In this document: piece after piece, positions 1 through 10,237 of the stretch | Layout of the letters: each line of letters starts with the position of its first letter | Numbering within the stretch: position 1 is the stretch's first letter | Source: an uncultured Eubacteriales bacterium | GTDB taxonomy: Bacteria; Bacillota; Sulfobacillia; DYIH01; JBBIPI01 | Direction: 5' to 3' | Length of the DNA: 64,000 nt | NCBI GenBank assembly: GCA_964467515.1 | Contig: CAYXQP010000001.1 | Location: 1,509 to 65,508 of the forward strand | Made by a program: the position numbers and the translations under genes | The notes under the pieces: generated by a model | Databases searched by the model: none | Told to the model about the DNA's origin: nothing | Seen by the model: the letters and a program-made list of their open reading frames with translations, nothing else

Positions 1-733
1 TCTCCAGGCGGGAGACCTGGGCCTGGGAGATGCCGATCTCCTCGGCCACCTCCATCTGCGTCTTGCCCTGGTAAAACCTAAGAGCCAGGATCAGCTTCTC
101 CCGGTGGTCCAGGTGGCGCATGGCCTGGCGCAGGGCCAGGCTCTCCAGCCACGCTGAGTCCTCCGCCGCCTCGTCGTGGATCTGGTCCATGACGTAGATG
201 GTGTCGCCGCCGTCGTCGAAGATGGGTTCGAAGAGGGAGACCGGCTCCTGGATGGCGTCCAGGGCCAGGATCACCTCCTCCCGCGGCAGGCCCAGCTCGG
301 CCGCGATCTCCTCCACGGAGGGCTCGCGCGAGAGGCGGTGGGTGAGGGCGTCCCTGGCCTGCAGGGCCCGGTAGGCCACGTCCCGCACCGACCGGCTCAC
401 CCGGATGGGGTTGTTGTCCCGCAGGTAACGCCGGATCTCGCCCACGATCATGGGCACCGCGTAGGTGGAGAAGCGCACGTTCTGGGCCAGGTCGAAGTTG
501 TCTATGGCCTTCATGAGACCCATGCAGCCCACCTGGAAGAGGTCGTCCACGTGTTCTCCCCGATTGTGGAACCGCTGGATGACGCTGAGCACCAGACGCA
601 GGTTGCCCTGGATCAGCTCCTGCCGGGCGCCCTCGTCGCCCTCGCGCAGGCGTTGGAAGAGAACGCGCATGCGCTCGTTGCCGAGGACGGGGAGCTCGCT
701 CGTGTTGACGCCGCAGATCTCCACTTTGTTCAA
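1..733 (-). CDS. sigG: RNA polymerase sporulation sigma factor G (forespore); C-terminal ~18 aa lie beyond the window start
   Basis: The true reading frame is absent from the ORF table; ORF 78..782 is a shadow frame. Reverse-strand translation reads LNKVEICGVNTSELPVLGNERMRVLFQRL...LRFYQGKTQMEVAEEIGISQAQVSRLE, colinear with B. subtilis SigG (region 2 and the region 4 helix-turn-helix). A TTG start at 733..731 is preceded by GAGGGGGG. Confidence 0.9.
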   Translation of the reverse strand, partial: MNKVEICGVNTSELPVLGNERMRVLFQRLREGDEGARQELIQGNLRLVLSVIQRFHNRGEHVDDLFQVGCMGLMKAIDNFDLAQNVRFSTYAVPMIVGEIRRYLRDNNPIRVSRSVRDVAYRALQARDALTHRLSREPSVEEIAAELGLPREEVILALDAIQEPVSLFEPIFDDGGDTIYVMDQIHDEAAEDSAWLESLALRQAMRHLDHREKLILALRFYQGKTQMEVAEEIGISQAQVSRLE

Positions 734-753
734 GGGACGACCCCCCTCGCCCG

Positions 754-784
754 TAGTTATGGGCCGGCCGCTCCTGCTTCATGC
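754..784 (-). promoter_or_regulatory. Candidate forespore-type (sigma-F/sigma-G-like) promoter upstream of sigG: GCATGA, 17 nt, CATAACTA
   Basis: On the minus strand a -35-like GCATGA (779..784) is followed after 17 nt by CATAACTA (754..761), about 20 nt before the sigG TTG. This resembles GCATA/CATAnnTA-type forespore promoters. It rests on motif resemblance only. Confidence 0.3.
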
Positions 785-915
785 GCCCGAGGGAAGCCGT
801 TACATGCGTTACATTTACTTGGACACCCTGGGTGAAGGGGTGCGACGCGCCGCCTCTCCGGGGAACGGCGGAATACGGTGGATGTCAGCAGGCGCGCTTT
901 TCCAGCGGGAACGGT

Positions 916-1653
916 TCAGTCGCCGCTGGCCAGCTCGCGGCGCAGGCGCCGGATGATCCTCTTCTCGAGCCGGGAGATGTAGGACTGGGAGATGCCCAGG
1001 CAGTCCGCCACCTGCTTCTGCGTGCGCTCGCGGCCGTCGCGAAGGCCGAAGCGCAGCTCGACGATGCGCCGCTCGCGCCCGCTGAGGCGGTCCAGGGCCT
1101 GGCGCAGCAGGCTCAGCTCCGCCTCCTCCTCTATCCGCCGGTAGACCACGTCGGGCTCGGTGCCGCAAACGTCGGCCAGCAACAGCTCGTTGCCGTCCAG
1201 ATCCACGTTCAGGAGCTGGTCGAAGGAGACCTCCCAGCGCAGGCGGCTCTGGCGCCGGAGCTGCATCAGGATCTCGTTCTCGATGCAGCGGGAGGCGTAG
1301 GTGGCCAGCTTGATGCGCTTGCAGGGGTCGAAGCTGTTGACGGCCTTGATGAGGCCGATGGTGCCGATGGAGACCAGGTCCTCGGTGGCGATGCCCGTGT
1401 TGGCGAACTTGCGGGCTATGTAGACCACGAGCCGCAGGTTGCGCTCGATGAGGACCGTCCGCACCGCCTCGTCGCCCGCCCGCAGGCGTTCCAGTAAGTC
1501 CTCCTCCTCGTCGGCCGTGAGCGGCGGCGGCAGGGCCTCTCCCCCCGCCACGTAGTGGGTTTCCGCCGGCAGGCCGAGCCGGACCAGGAGCCGGAGCCAG
1601 AGCAGGCGCAGGTGCCGGGGGACCGCCCTCCACCCCCCGCCGGTCCCCGCCAC
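916..1653 (-). CDS. sigE: RNA polymerase sporulation sigma factor E precursor (pro-sigma-E)
   Basis: ORF 916..1710 frame. The pro-sequence and region 2, ...[32 protein letters not shown]...[14 protein letters not shown]...[13 protein letters not shown], are colinear with B. subtilis SigE. The start is most likely GTG at 1653, one nucleotide after the spoIIGA stop; the TTG at 1710 is less likely. Confidence 0.85.
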   Translation of the reverse strand: MAGTGGGWRAVPRHLRLLWLRLLVRLGLPAETHYVAGGEALPPPLTADEEEDLLERLRAGDEAVRTVLIERNLRLVVYIARKFANTGIATEDLVSIGTIGLIKAVNSFDPCKRIKLATYASRCIENEILMQLRRQSRLRWEVSFDQLLNVDLDGNELLLADVCGTEPDVVYRRIEEEAELSLLRQALDRLSGRERRIVELRFGLRDGRERTQKQVADCLGISQSYISRLEKRIIRRLRRELASGD

Positions 1654-1654
1654 C

Positions 1655-2584
1655 TCAAAGGCCCGGGCCCGTTCGCCCCGCCCGCGCCGCCGCCTCGCCC
1701 TCCCCGTCAAGGCTCTCCCCTCCCCGCCCCATGGCCCCCACCAGGCGGGGCGGCACCAGGGCCTGATAGCGGCCCGACCCGCTGAGCCTCTCCCCGGTGA
1801 GGGCCACCGTCACCCTCCGCCACGTCCGGCGGCCGCCCTCCGCCTCCACCACGACCCGATCCGCCCGGAAGCCGGGCAGGAGACCGCTCGCCAGGGCCGT
1901 CCGGCACGACACGAGTCGCACCCGCCGCCGCCAGCCCGACGGCAGGTCGGCCAGGCTCGCCACGCCCCCTCCCGCGGCCACCACGCCCGGCAGGAGCCCC
2001 TCCAGGGAACCCGCCTCCGCCAGGATGACGGGCGCGCCCGTCACCGGGTCGCGAAGCCGGTGGCCAGTGTCCACGAGGCCCCACACGGTGCCCGAGCGCC
2101 CGGCGAACCAGAGGGTCACGGGCACCACCGCTCCCGGCAGGGCCAGGGCCCTCCTCCAGCCGGCGGCCCGGGGCGTCAGGCAGAGCACGAGGCCGGCCGC
2201 CAGGCCCAGGGGCCACCAGGCCGCCGCGCCGACGGCAGGGCCCGACAGCCGGTCCAGGCCCAGGGCCACCCCCGCCGCCAGGGCCGACAGGGCGTAGAAC
2301 CAGCCCACCACCCGCGCCAGGTGAGGAAGGGGAAGGGGCGCGAAGGCCGCCGCCGCGACGCCGGCCCCCGCGGCCAGGCGCGCGGCCGGGTGGTAGAGGG
2401 GGACGCCGCCCCAGGCCACGAAACCGAGGGAGTACAGGGCGCCCGCCGCGGCCGCCCCGGCCAGGCGGGGAACGGACGTCCGGGCTCCCGCCAGCCGGCC
2501 GGCGGCCCATAGCAGGACAAGCTCCAGGCAGAATTCGATGAAGAGGAGAACATCCCCGTAAACGGGCGCCAAGACGGTCGTCAC
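1655..2584 (-). CDS. spoIIGA: Sigma-E processing peptidase SpoIIGA (membrane aspartic protease)
   Basis: 309 aa with hydrophobic N-terminal helices and an [17 protein letters not shown] (DTG) aspartic-protease motif. It sits immediately upstream of sigE, as in the spoIIG operon. Confidence 0.85.
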   Translation of the reverse strand: MTTVLAPVYGDVLLFIEFCLELVLLWAAGRLAGARTSVPRLAGAAAAGALYSLGFVAWGGVPLYHPAARLAAGAGVAAAAFAPLPLPHLARVVGWFYALSALAAGVALGLDRLSGPAVGAAAWWPLGLAAGLVLCLTPRAAGWRRALALPGAVVPVTLWFAGRSGTVWGLVDTGHRLRDPVTGAPVILAEAGSLEGLLPGVVAAGGGVASLADLPSGWRRRVRLVSCRTALASGLLPGFRADRVVVEAEGGRRTWRRVTVALTGERLSGSGRYQALVPPRLVGAMGRGGESLDGEGEAAARAGRTGPGL

Positions 2585-2700
2585 ACCCTCTCGCCTGCCC
2601 GATGCCTATGCTCGGACCGTCCCGGTTATGTCCCCCGCCCCCGGGAGCCCGCGGCCGGCAAGGCGGCGCTCCCCGCCCGTGCGCCGGCAGGGCCCCGCCC

Positions 2701-3768
2701 TCAGCGCCCCCGCCCGCCGGCCACCCGCCGCAGGAAGGCCGGGATCTCCAGGTCCTCGGCGCTGAAGGGCCGCGCCTCCAGGCCGTCCAGGGAGGCCACC
2801 TTGTGCGCGCGGCGGTCGAACCCCGTGGCGATGACGGTCACCCGCACCTCGTCCTGCAGCGAGTCGTCGATGACGGCCCCGAAGATGATGTTGGCCTCGG
2901 GGTCGGCCGCCTGGGCCACTATCTCCGCCGCCTCGTTGACCTCGTAGAGGGCCAGGTTGGCGTCCCCGGTGATGTTGAGGAGGACGCCGCGCGCCCCCTC
3001 GATGGAGGTCTCCAGGAGGGGGCTGGAGATGGCCTCCTTGGCGGCGAGGGCGGCCCGGTTCTCGCCCCGGCCCACCCCGATGCCCATGAGGGCCGTGCCC
3101 GTGTCGCTCATGATGGTGCGGACGTCGGCGAAGTCAAGGTTTATGAGCCCCGGCACCGAGATGAGGTCGGAGATGCCCTGGACGCCCTGGCGCAGGATGT
3201 CGTCGGCGATGCGGAAGGCCTCGATCATGGAGGTCCGCCGCTCCACCACCTGCAGCAGGCGCTCGTTGGGGATCACGATGAGGGCGTCCACGCACTCGCG
3301 CAGGCTGGCGATGCCCCGCTCGGCCTGGCTCATCCGCCGCCTCCCCTCGAAGGGGAAGGGCTTGGTGACCACGGCCACCGTCAGGGCGCCTGCCTCCTTG
3401 GCCAGCTGCGCGATGAGGGGCGAGGCGCCCGTGCCGGTGCCGCCCCCCATGCCGGAGGTGACGAAGACCATGTCGGCCTCCCTCAGGACCTCCGCCAGCT
3501 GCTCCCGCGACTCCTCGGCGGCCCGCTCCCCCACGTCGGGATTGGCGCCCGCGCCCAGGCCCCGCGTCAGCTGGCCGCCGATCTGGACCCGGACCGCCGC
3601 CTCCGACAGGGACAGAGCCTGGGCGTCGGTGTTGACGGCGATGAACTCGACCCCCCGCAGGCCGCTCCTGATCATCCTGTTGACGGCGTTGCTGCCGCCG
3701 CCCCCCACACCGACCACCTTGATCCGCGCGTAGTCCCCGCCCTCCGTCGCGAAACCCTCCATGGCCAA
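2701..3768 (-). CDS. ftsZ: Cell division GTPase FtsZ
   Basis: 355 aa with the tubulin signature GGGTGTG and the sequence [17 protein letters not shown]. Confidence 0.95.
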   Translation of the reverse strand: MAMEGFATEGGDYARIKVVGVGGGGSNAVNRMIRSGLRGVEFIAVNTDAQALSLSEAAVRVQIGGQLTRGLGAGANPDVGERAAEESREQLAEVLREADMVFVTSGMGGGTGTGASPLIAQLAKEAGALTVAVVTKPFPFEGRRRMSQAERGIASLRECVDALIVIPNERLLQVVERRTSMIEAFRIADDILRQGVQGISDLISVPGLINLDFADVRTIMSDTGTALMGIGVGRGENRAALAAKEAISSPLLETSIEGARGVLLNITGDANLALYEVNEAAEIVAQAADPEANIIFGAVIDDSLQDEVRVTVIATGFDRRAHKVASLDGLEARPFSAEDLEIPAFLRRVAGGRGR

Positions 3769-3816
3769 CCCCCTCTCTCCCGCCCGCCGGCCGCCCTCCC
3801 GCCCCGGCGCGGGGAT

Positions 3817-5037
3817 TCAAAAGACCTCCCTCAGCCAGCCCGCCACTCTGTCGAGGAAGCCGCCGGCCGCCGCCCGGCGGGTCGCCTGACCGGCGTGGCG
3901 CCGGGCCGCCTCGTAGAGGAGCCCCACCCCCACCGCGAAACCGGGCGCCCCGGCCATGTCGGCCAGGCCGCCCATGTTCTCGGGCTGGCCCACCCGGACC
4001 GGCAGCTCCAGCTCCTCCTCCGCCAGTTGCGCGAGACCGCGCGTCCCGGCCACGCCCCCCGTCAGCACCACGCCCGCCGGCAGGGTCCGGGCGGCGGGAC
4101 AGGAGCGGATGGCCTCCCTGATGCCGCCCAGGATCTCCCGCAGCCGGGCCTCGATGATCTCGGCCAACTCCTTCGCCGTCACCTCGCGCATTCCCTGCCC
4201 GCCCACCGCCGGCACGGGGAAGACCCGGTCCTGGGGCGCCAGGGCGGCCAGGGCGTAACCGTAATCGATCTTGATCACCTCCGCCTGCGCCAAGGAGGTC
4301 CGCAGCACCACGGCCACGTCCGTGGTCACGTACTCGCCCCCCACGGGGAGGACCTGGGAGTGGACCACGTTCCCCCCCTGGTAAACGGCCAGCTCCGTGG
4401 TGCCGCCGCCCACGTCCGCCAGCACCACCCCGAGGTCCCGCTCGTCGTCCAGGAGGACGGCCTCGCCGGCCGCCACCACGCCGGCCACGAACCCCTCCAC
4501 CTCGATCCCCGCCCTATCCAGGCAACGGTGCAGATTCTGGAGAGCGCTGCTGGACCCGGTGACGATGTGGGCCTCGGCCTCCAGGCGTGCCCCCACCATG
4601 CCCACCGGGTCGCGGATGCCCTCGATGCCGTCCACCACGAAGCCCCGCGGCAGCACGTGGACGATCTCGCGATCGGCCGGGATGCTGACGACGCGGGCCG
4701 CCTCCATGACCCGCTCCACGTCCTGGCTAGTGATCTCCCGGTCCCGCCCCGTGACGGCCACCACGCCGCGGCTGTTGTGGGAAGCCAGGTGGGGTCCGCC
4801 CACACTCACGTAGCAGGACTGGAAGCGGTGGCCGCCCATCCGCTCGGCCCGGTGGGCCGCCTCCTGCACCGCGCGAACCGTCTCCTCGATGTCCACCACC
4901 ACGCCGCGGCGCAGGCCGCGGGAAGGGCTCTGACCGACGCCCACCACGTCGAGGCGGCTGCCCTCCATCTCGGCCATGAGGGCCAAGACCTTGGTGGTCC
5001 CGACATCCAGCCCGCAGAGCAGGCGTCTCCTGAGCAA
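3817..5037 (-). CDS. ftsA: Cell division protein FtsA (actin-like ATPase)
   Basis: 406 aa with LDVGTTKV..., the DVGGGTT motif and the FtsA fold. It lies directly upstream of ftsZ. Confidence 0.9.
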   Translation of the reverse strand: MLRRRLLCGLDVGTTKVLALMAEMEGSRLDVVGVGQSPSRGLRRGVVVDIEETVRAVQEAAHRAERMGGHRFQSCYVSVGGPHLASHNSRGVVAVTGRDREITSQDVERVMEAARVVSIPADREIVHVLPRGFVVDGIEGIRDPVGMVGARLEAEAHIVTGSSSALQNLHRCLDRAGIEVEGFVAGVVAAGEAVLLDDERDLGVVLADVGGGTTELAVYQGGNVVHSQVLPVGGEYVTTDVAVVLRTSLAQAEVIKIDYGYALAALAPQDRVFPVPAVGGQGMREVTAKELAEIIEARLREILGGIREAIRSCPAARTLPAGVVLTGGVAGTRGLAQLAEEELELPVRVGQPENMGGLADMAGAPGFAVGVGLLYEAARRHAGQATRRAAAGGFLDRVAGWLREVF

Positions 5038-5120
5038 GACCCCACCCCCCGGCCGAGATCAGCTTTCACTTCTCCGCGCCGCCCGCCTTTCCCTGCCTGC
5101 AACGGGGGGACGCCGCCGGG

Positions 5121-5966
5121 TCAGGGGACGGCCAGTTCGTCGGGGACGGGCGCGGGCGGCGGGGGCGTGATGAACCCCTCCCGCAACCCGACCACGGGCC
5201 GCCGCAGGGAGCGGACATCCACGTAGGAGACTGCCTCCCGGCGTTCCACGGCGTCCAGCATGCTCAGGGCGAGCCGGAGCCTGGTGTCCGTCTCCTCCCC
5301 CCACCCCAGGTAGACGGGGATGCCGTCCAGCAGGTAGAGCACCAGCTGGCCGTCGCGCCGCAGGTGGATTTCCGAGGCCGTCCCAGCCCAGCGCCCGCCG
5401 AGGAGGACGGCCGCCTGTAGCGCCGCCGCCAGGCCGGGCGCCCGCAACCTCTTCCCCGCCTCGGCTCTGAAGGCGGTCTCCGCCGTGACGAGGGGCAGCG
5501 AGAGCGGCACCCGCTCTCCGGCCACCGACAGCACCTGGCCGGTACCGTCCACCTCGAGCCAGAGGGGCCCCGTGCCGCGGACGTAGGCGGCGGGCCGCCG
5601 CTCGGCCACCACCAGGATGACGGTGCGGGGCCAACGGACCAGGACGCGGGCTCCCGCCACGCGCGGGTGCCGTCGCAGCCTCTCCTCCACCAGCCGGGGC
5701 CGCAGCTGCCACAGGTAGAACCGGCTCGTCAGCCCCGCCTGCCGCTGCACTTCCCCCGCCGAGAGCCGCTCCAGACCCCGCACCCGGACCTCGTCCACCC
5801 GGAAGAGAGGCGAATGGAGGAGAAGGGCGACGGCCGCCGCGACGGCCGCCAGCCAGAGGGCCGCCGCCAAGGGCGGGCGTCGCCGGGCCGCCGTCACCAC
5901 CAGGCGCGGTCGCCGCCCCCGTCCGGGGCGCCAGCCCTCTGCATAGGCGCCGCCCGGCGCGCGCAC
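5121..5966 (-). CDS. ftsQ: Cell division protein FtsQ/DivIB (POTRA domain)
   Basis: 281 aa with an N-terminal transmembrane segment followed by POTRA/FtsQ-type sequence (FRVDEVRVRGLERLSAGEV...). It lies upstream of ftsA. Confidence 0.8.
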   Translation of the reverse strand: MRAPGGAYAEGWRPGRGRRPRLVVTAARRRPPLAAALWLAAVAAAVALLLHSPLFRVDEVRVRGLERLSAGEVQRQAGLTSRFYLWQLRPRLVEERLRRHPRVAGARVLVRWPRTVILVVAERRPAAYVRGTGPLWLEVDGTGQVLSVAGERVPLSLPLVTAETAFRAEAGKRLRAPGLAAALQAAVLLGGRWAGTASEIHLRRDGQLVLYLLDGIPVYLGWGEETDTRLRLALSMLDAVERREAVSYVDVRSLRRPVVGLREGFITPPPPAPVPDELAVP

Positions 5967-6019
5967 GTTACGTCCCTGGAGCCGACCGGCCGGCGTCGGC
6001 CAAGAGGGGTTCTGCCACC

Positions 6020-7267
6020 GTGAAGCCCGCGTACCGCGTGAGCCTGGCCGCCCTGGCGTCGGTGCCCTTCGTCATGGTCCTCTCCAACTCGCTCCTCATC
6101 CCCGTCCTGCCCGCCATGCAGAAGGGCATGGACCTGACGCCCTTCCAGGCCGGACTCATCATCACGGCCTTCTCCCTGCCGGCGGGGCTCACCATCCCCC
6201 TGGGCGGATACCTCTCGGACCGCTGGGGACGCAGGGCCGTCATGGTACCGGCCCTCGTCCTCTTCGGTCTGGCCGGGCTCGCCGCGGGCCTGGCCCCCCT
6301 GCTCCTGGCCCATCCCTTCTGGGCCATCCTGGCGGCGCGCGCCGTCCAGGGCATCGGCGGAGGAGGGACGTACCAGGTGGCCATGGCCCTGGCGGGGGAC
6401 ACCTTCCAGTCCACCGAGAGGGCCAAGGCCCTGGGGATCCTGGAGGCGGCCAACGGCGTCGGCAAGGTGGTGGCACCGGTGCTGGGGTCGGCGGCAGCCC
6501 TGGCGGCATGGTTCGCCCCCTACTTCGTCTACCCCGTCCTCGCCCTCCCCAGCGCGGCCGCCGTCGGACTCCTGGCCCGCGAGCCGCCCAAGGACCACCT
6601 CCAGCGCCAGCCCCTCTCCCGTTACCTGGCCCAGGTCACCTGCGCCTGGTCCCAGGGCCGGGTCCGGCTACTCTACTCGTTCTTCGCCGGGATGGTGGCC
6701 CTTTTCCTGCTCTTCGGTGTCCTCAGCCACTACTCGGACGTGCTGGAGTACCGGTGGGGGGTGCGGGGCTTCGGCAAGGGATTGGTCGTGGCCGTCCCCC
6801 TGCTGGGCATGGCCCTGGCCACGCTGGTGGCGGGCCTGGCCCTCCAGGGGTCGGAGCGGGGCCGCGTCCGCCTCTTGCTGGCCGGGGGCTTCGGTCTGGC
6901 GGCGGGGGGGCTGGCCGCGGCCGCCCTGGCGGCGGGGCCACTCTGGTACACCCTGGGCATGGCGGGGCTCGGCGCCGGTGTCGGCCTGGCCCTCCCCACC
7001 CTCAACACGCTGGTGACGGGCGTCACCGGGGCCGGCGCCCGCGGCATCCTGACGGCCCTCTACGGCACGGTGCGCTTCCTGGGGGCCGCCCTCGGGCCGC
7101 CGGCCGCCGCCCATCTGGCCGGGGCATGGCCCGCCGGCGTCCCCTGGGCCGGCAGCGCCCTGGCCGCCGTCACGGCCTTCCTGGCCTTCCCGTTATCGTC
7201 CGCACCGCCTCCGGCGCCGGAAATGGGCCGGAAGCCCCCCGTCATCCGCCGCCGACCGGCTGCCTGA
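6020..7267 (+). CDS. MFS family transporter
   Basis: 415 aa with about 12 predicted transmembrane helices and an MFS signature GGYLSDRWGRR. Confidence 0.8.
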   Translation: MKPAYRVSLAALASVPFVMVLSNSLLIPVLPAMQKGMDLTPFQAGLIITAFSLPAGLTIPLGGYLSDRWGRRAVMVPALVLFGLAGLAAGLAPLLLAHPFWAILAARAVQGIGGGGTYQVAMALAGDTFQSTERAKALGILEAANGVGKVVAPVLGSAAALAAWFAPYFVYPVLALPSAAAVGLLAREPPKDHLQRQPLSRYLAQVTCAWSQGRVRLLYSFFAGMVALFLLFGVLSHYSDVLEYRWGVRGFGKGLVVAVPLLGMALATLVAGLALQGSERGRVRLLLAGGFGLAAGGLAAAALAAGPLWYTLGMAGLGAGVGLALPTLNTLVTGVTGAGARGILTALYGTVRFLGAALGPPAAAHLAGAWPAGVPWAGSALAAVTAFLAFPLSSAPPPAPEMGRKPPVIRRRPAA

Positions 7268-7294
7268 ATCGACGCCGCCGCGGTCTCCGGGGCG

Positions 7295-7798
7295 TCATTC
7301 CTTCTGCACCAAGCGCATGAGGGTGGAGGCCAGGTTGGGCGTCTCCTTCAGGGCCACGGCGATGGTCAGCTCGCCGAACCTGGTGGTCAGGGGTATCACG
7401 AGGCGCTGAAAGGGATCGGTAGTTATGACGGTGCCCCGCCCGATGACCAGGGCCGGCGGCGTGATGGTGCAGAGGTAGCCGGCTTCCTCGAGGAGGGCGC
7501 CGGCGCGACCGGTGATCATGTTGCCCAGCTCGCTGACGGCGCTCTCGGCCAGCGCGTCGAAAACGGCCACCGTCTGTCCCAGCATGACGGAGGCCAGCAT
7601 GCGGGCCGTGCGCTCCGACATGCCGTAGAGGACGGTGCCGCTGACGGCCCCCACCACGCCGATGATGGAGGTGACGTCGTTGGTGGTGTAGTGAGCCTGC
7701 TCCAGGCGCAGCTCGCCCCGGGCCGGCTGCTCCCCCATCTCCAGCCCCAGGACGTGGACCGCCCCGGAAACGAACGGTTCCACGAATTCGGCCTTCAC
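7295..7798 (-). CDS. cheX: Chemotaxis phosphatase of the CheC/CheX family
   Basis: 167 aa and CheX-like (...GELTIAV..., a family with a conserved E/N phosphatase motif). It is the last gene of the chemotaxis operon. Confidence 0.7.
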   Translation of the reverse strand: MKAEFVEPFVSGAVHVLGLEMGEQPARGELRLEQAHYTTNDVTSIIGVVGAVSGTVLYGMSERTARMLASVMLGQTVAVFDALAESAVSELGNMITGRAGALLEEAGYLCTITPPALVIGRGTVITTDPFQRLVIPLTTRFGELTIAVALKETPNLASTLMRLVQKE

Positions 7799-7835
7799 AC
7801 CGGACCCTCCTTGCGCGGGCGCCGCCGGGCGCCCC

Positions 7836-8636
7836 TCACGTTTCCTTCCTGTAGAAGCCGGGCCGCACGGACGCCAGCCCGTACTCCCTGGACCGGAAGA
7901 TGGTCTCCGTGCCGCCGATGAAGAGGTACCCGCCCGGCCGCAGCGCCCGGGAGAAGTGGCGGTACACGTGGTCCCTGGCCTCGTCCGTGAAGTAGATGAC
8001 CACGTTCCGGCAGAGGATCAGGTCCAGGCCCTGGGGATAGGGGTCGGCCAGCAGGTTGTGGCCGGCGAAGCGCACCGCCCGCCGCACGGCCGGGCTCACC
8101 TCCCAGCCATCGCCCCGCCGCGTGAAGTAGCGGGCGAGGATGTCCGGCGGAACGGACCTGACCTCGTCCTCGCCGTAGACCCCCTGCCGCGCGCGCTCCA
8201 GGGAGAGGCGGTCTATGTCCGTGGCGAGGATGCCGTGGCGCACGCCGGGGCTCACCTGGTCCAGGATGATGGCCAGGGTGTAAGGCTCCGCGCCGGTGGC
8301 GCAGCCGGCGCTCCAGATCTCGAGCCTCCGCCCCCCCGCCAGCAGCTCGGGCAGAACGGTGCTCTTCAATTCCTCGAACTTCTCGGGGTTCCGGAAGAAC
8401 TCCGAGACGTTGATGGTGAGGAAGTCCTTGAGGGCCTGGAGCAGGTCCGGCTCGGTCCGGATGCGCGTCCCCAGTTCCGCCAGGTCGGCCAGCCCCCAGC
8501 GCTGCACGAAGGAGCGCAGCCGGCGGTCCAGCTGCCTTCCCCGGTAGAAGTCCAGGTCTATGCCGGTCAGGTGGAGGAAACTCCGGCGCAGGGACGCGAA
8601 GGAGGGGTCGGGCTCCGCCGCGGGCAAGGGGGGCAT
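7836..8636 (-). CDS. cheR: Chemotaxis protein methyltransferase CheR
   Basis: Starting at the ATG at 8636, the protein MPPLPAAEPDPSFASLRRSFLHLTGIDL...INVSEFFRNPEKFEEL...EIWSAGCATGAEPYTLAII matches CheR. An alternative GTG start at 8723 overlaps the cheB stop (GTGA). Confidence 0.85.
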   Translation of the reverse strand: MPPLPAAEPDPSFASLRRSFLHLTGIDLDFYRGRQLDRRLRSFVQRWGLADLAELGTRIRTEPDLLQALKDFLTINVSEFFRNPEKFEELKSTVLPELLAGGRRLEIWSAGCATGAEPYTLAIILDQVSPGVRHGILATDIDRLSLERARQGVYGEDEVRSVPPDILARYFTRRGDGWEVSPAVRRAVRFAGHNLLADPYPQGLDLILCRNVVIYFTDEARDHVYRHFSRALRPGGYLFIGGTETIFRSREYGLASVRPGFYRKET

Positions 8637-8719
8637 CGCCCCCCGCGCCGCCGCCGCGCCGGCGCGCGCCGTCCCGGTCTCGTTGGTGCCCGCCGTCAGT
8701 GGGCCCGCCGTCAACGCTT

Positions 8720-9841
8720 TCACCCCTCGCCGGCCACTCTGGCCGGCCGGCCGCCCGCCCCGCGGCGCCCGGCCACCCGGCCCGCTATGGCCGCGGCGAC
8801 CCCGGCCAAGGGGAGGATCTCGTCGGCCTGCCCCATCTCCGCCACGGCGCGGGGCATCCCGTAGACGACGCAGGTGGCCTCGTCCTGGGCCAGCACCCAG
8901 CCGCCGGCCCGCCGCAGGAGCATGGCTCCCCTGGCTCCGTCCATGCCCATGCCGGTGAGGATGGCGCAGCCGGCCCGGTCGCCCCACGACCGCGCCACCG
9001 CCGCCAGGGTCACGTCCACCGCCGGCCTCACCCCGTGCTCGGGCGGGTCCAGGCTCAGCTCGACCCGGCCGGCGGCGTCCACCCGCAGGTGGCGGTTCCC
9101 CGGCGCCACCAGGACGTGGCCGTCCGTCAGCACGTCGCCCTCCTCGGCTTCCTTGACGGGCAGGCAGGAGGCCGCGTCCAGGTGCCGGGCCAGGGACGCC
9201 GTGAAGCCGGCGGGCATGTGCTGGACCACCAGCACCCCCGCCGCCAGCCCCTCGGGCAGGGCGGGAACCACCTCCATGAGGGCGGCGGGGCCGCCCGTGC
9301 TGGCGCCGATGACCACTACCTGGCTCAGGCGCCCGCCGGCACGGGGCCGGGCCGCGGGCAGGGGTCCCGCCTCCGCGGCGGCGCCGCCGCACCGCCGGCC
9401 GACGCCGGGGCCCGGGCGGAGGCGCTCCCGCGGAACGCGGGCGGCCACGCGGATCTTCTGCCACAGCTCCTCGGCCACGCGCCCCATGTCCAGGGAGATG
9501 GCGCCCGAGGGCTTGGCCACGAAATCCACGGCTCCCAGGGAGAGGGCGCGCACGGTGGCCTCGGCCCCGGGCCGCGTCAGGCTCGACACCATGACCACGG
9601 GGCGCGGCGCGCGCTCCATGATCCTGGCCAGGGCCTCCAGGCCGTTCACGCGCGGCATCTCCACGTCCAGGGTCACCACGTCCGGGTCCAGCTCCTCCAC
9701 CCGGGCGAGGGCTTCCTCTCCGTCCCTGGCCGTGCCCACCACCACCAGGTCGGCCTGGCGGCTCACCAGGTCCGCGATGACCTTGCGCATGAAGGCCGAG
9801 TCGTCCACCACCAGGACGCGGACGGCGCCCACGGGGAACAC
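8720..9841 (-). CDS. cheB: Chemotaxis response regulator protein-glutamate methylesterase CheB
   Basis: N-terminal receiver domain (VLVVDDSAFMRK...D...LDVEMP) and C-terminal methylesterase (VVIGASTGGPAAL...HMPAGFT). Confidence 0.9.
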   Translation of the reverse strand: MFPVGAVRVLVVDDSAFMRKVIADLVSRQADLVVVGTARDGEEALARVEELDPDVVTLDVEMPRVNGLEALARIMERAPRPVVMVSSLTRPGAEATVRALSLGAVDFVAKPSGAISLDMGRVAEELWQKIRVAARVPRERLRPGPGVGRRCGGAAAEAGPLPAARPRAGGRLSQVVVIGASTGGPAALMEVVPALPEGLAAGVLVVQHMPAGFTASLARHLDAASCLPVKEAEEGDVLTDGHVLVAPGNRHLRVDAAGRVELSLDPPEHGVRPAVDVTLAAVARSWGDRAGCAILTGMGMDGARGAMLLRRAGGWVLAQDEATCVVYGMPRAVAEMGQADEILPLAGVAAAIAGRVAGRRGAGGRPARVAGEG

Positions 9842-9850
9842 CCTCCTTCG

Positions 9851-10216
9851 TCAGCCGGCCTGGACCAGCACCTTGCGCACGGTCTCCAGGACGCGCTCGG
9901 GCTGGAAGGGCTTCACGATGAAGTCGCGGGCCCCCGCCTTGACCGCCTCGATGACCATGGCCTGCTGGCCTAGGGCGCTGCACATGACGATGCGAGCGTT
10001 GGGATCCACCTTCTTGATCTCCCGGACGGCCGCCAGCCCGTCCATGACGGGCATGGTGATGTCCATCATCACCAGTTCCGGCTTGTGCTCCCTGTACCTC
10101 TCCACCGCCTCCTGGCCGTTGCCGGCCTCCACCACCGAGTGCCCCTCGCCGGCCAGGAGCTGCCGGCACCGCAACCGCATGAACTCCGAGTCGTCAACCA
10201 CCAGGATGGTCGCCAC
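9851..10216 (-). CDS. cheY: Chemotaxis response regulator CheY
   Basis: 121 aa single receiver domain (ILVVDDSEFMR...MMDITMPVMDG...K). Confidence 0.9.
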   Translation of the reverse strand: MATILVVDDSEFMRLRCRQLLAGEGHSVVEAGNGQEAVERYREHKPELVMMDITMPVMDGLAAVREIKKVDPNARIVMCSALGQQAMVIEAVKAGARDFIVKPFQPERVLETVRKVLVQAG

Positions 10217-10237
10217 GTTGCACCCCTCCCTTCCGCC

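Noticed and set aside
806-824. Tandem ATGTAACG repeat as a possible CRISPR-like or mobile-element repeat.
   Set aside because: There are only two 8-nt copies in an intergenic promoter region, with no spacers or further repeats. No CRISPR array or IS element is present in the window.
2602-5226. 874-aa + strand ORF antisense to ftsZ and ftsA. Similar giant shadow ORFs occur at 15934..19194, 17782..20991, 24442..26484, 50609..53233, 28254-region antisense frames and 78..782.
   Set aside because: Their composition is dominated by Arg/Gly/Pro/His/Ala runs. Each lies antisense to, or out of frame with, strongly conserved genes such as ftsZ, metH, cimA and sigG. A 70% GC genome keeps non-coding frames open, and no homology-like motifs appear in them.
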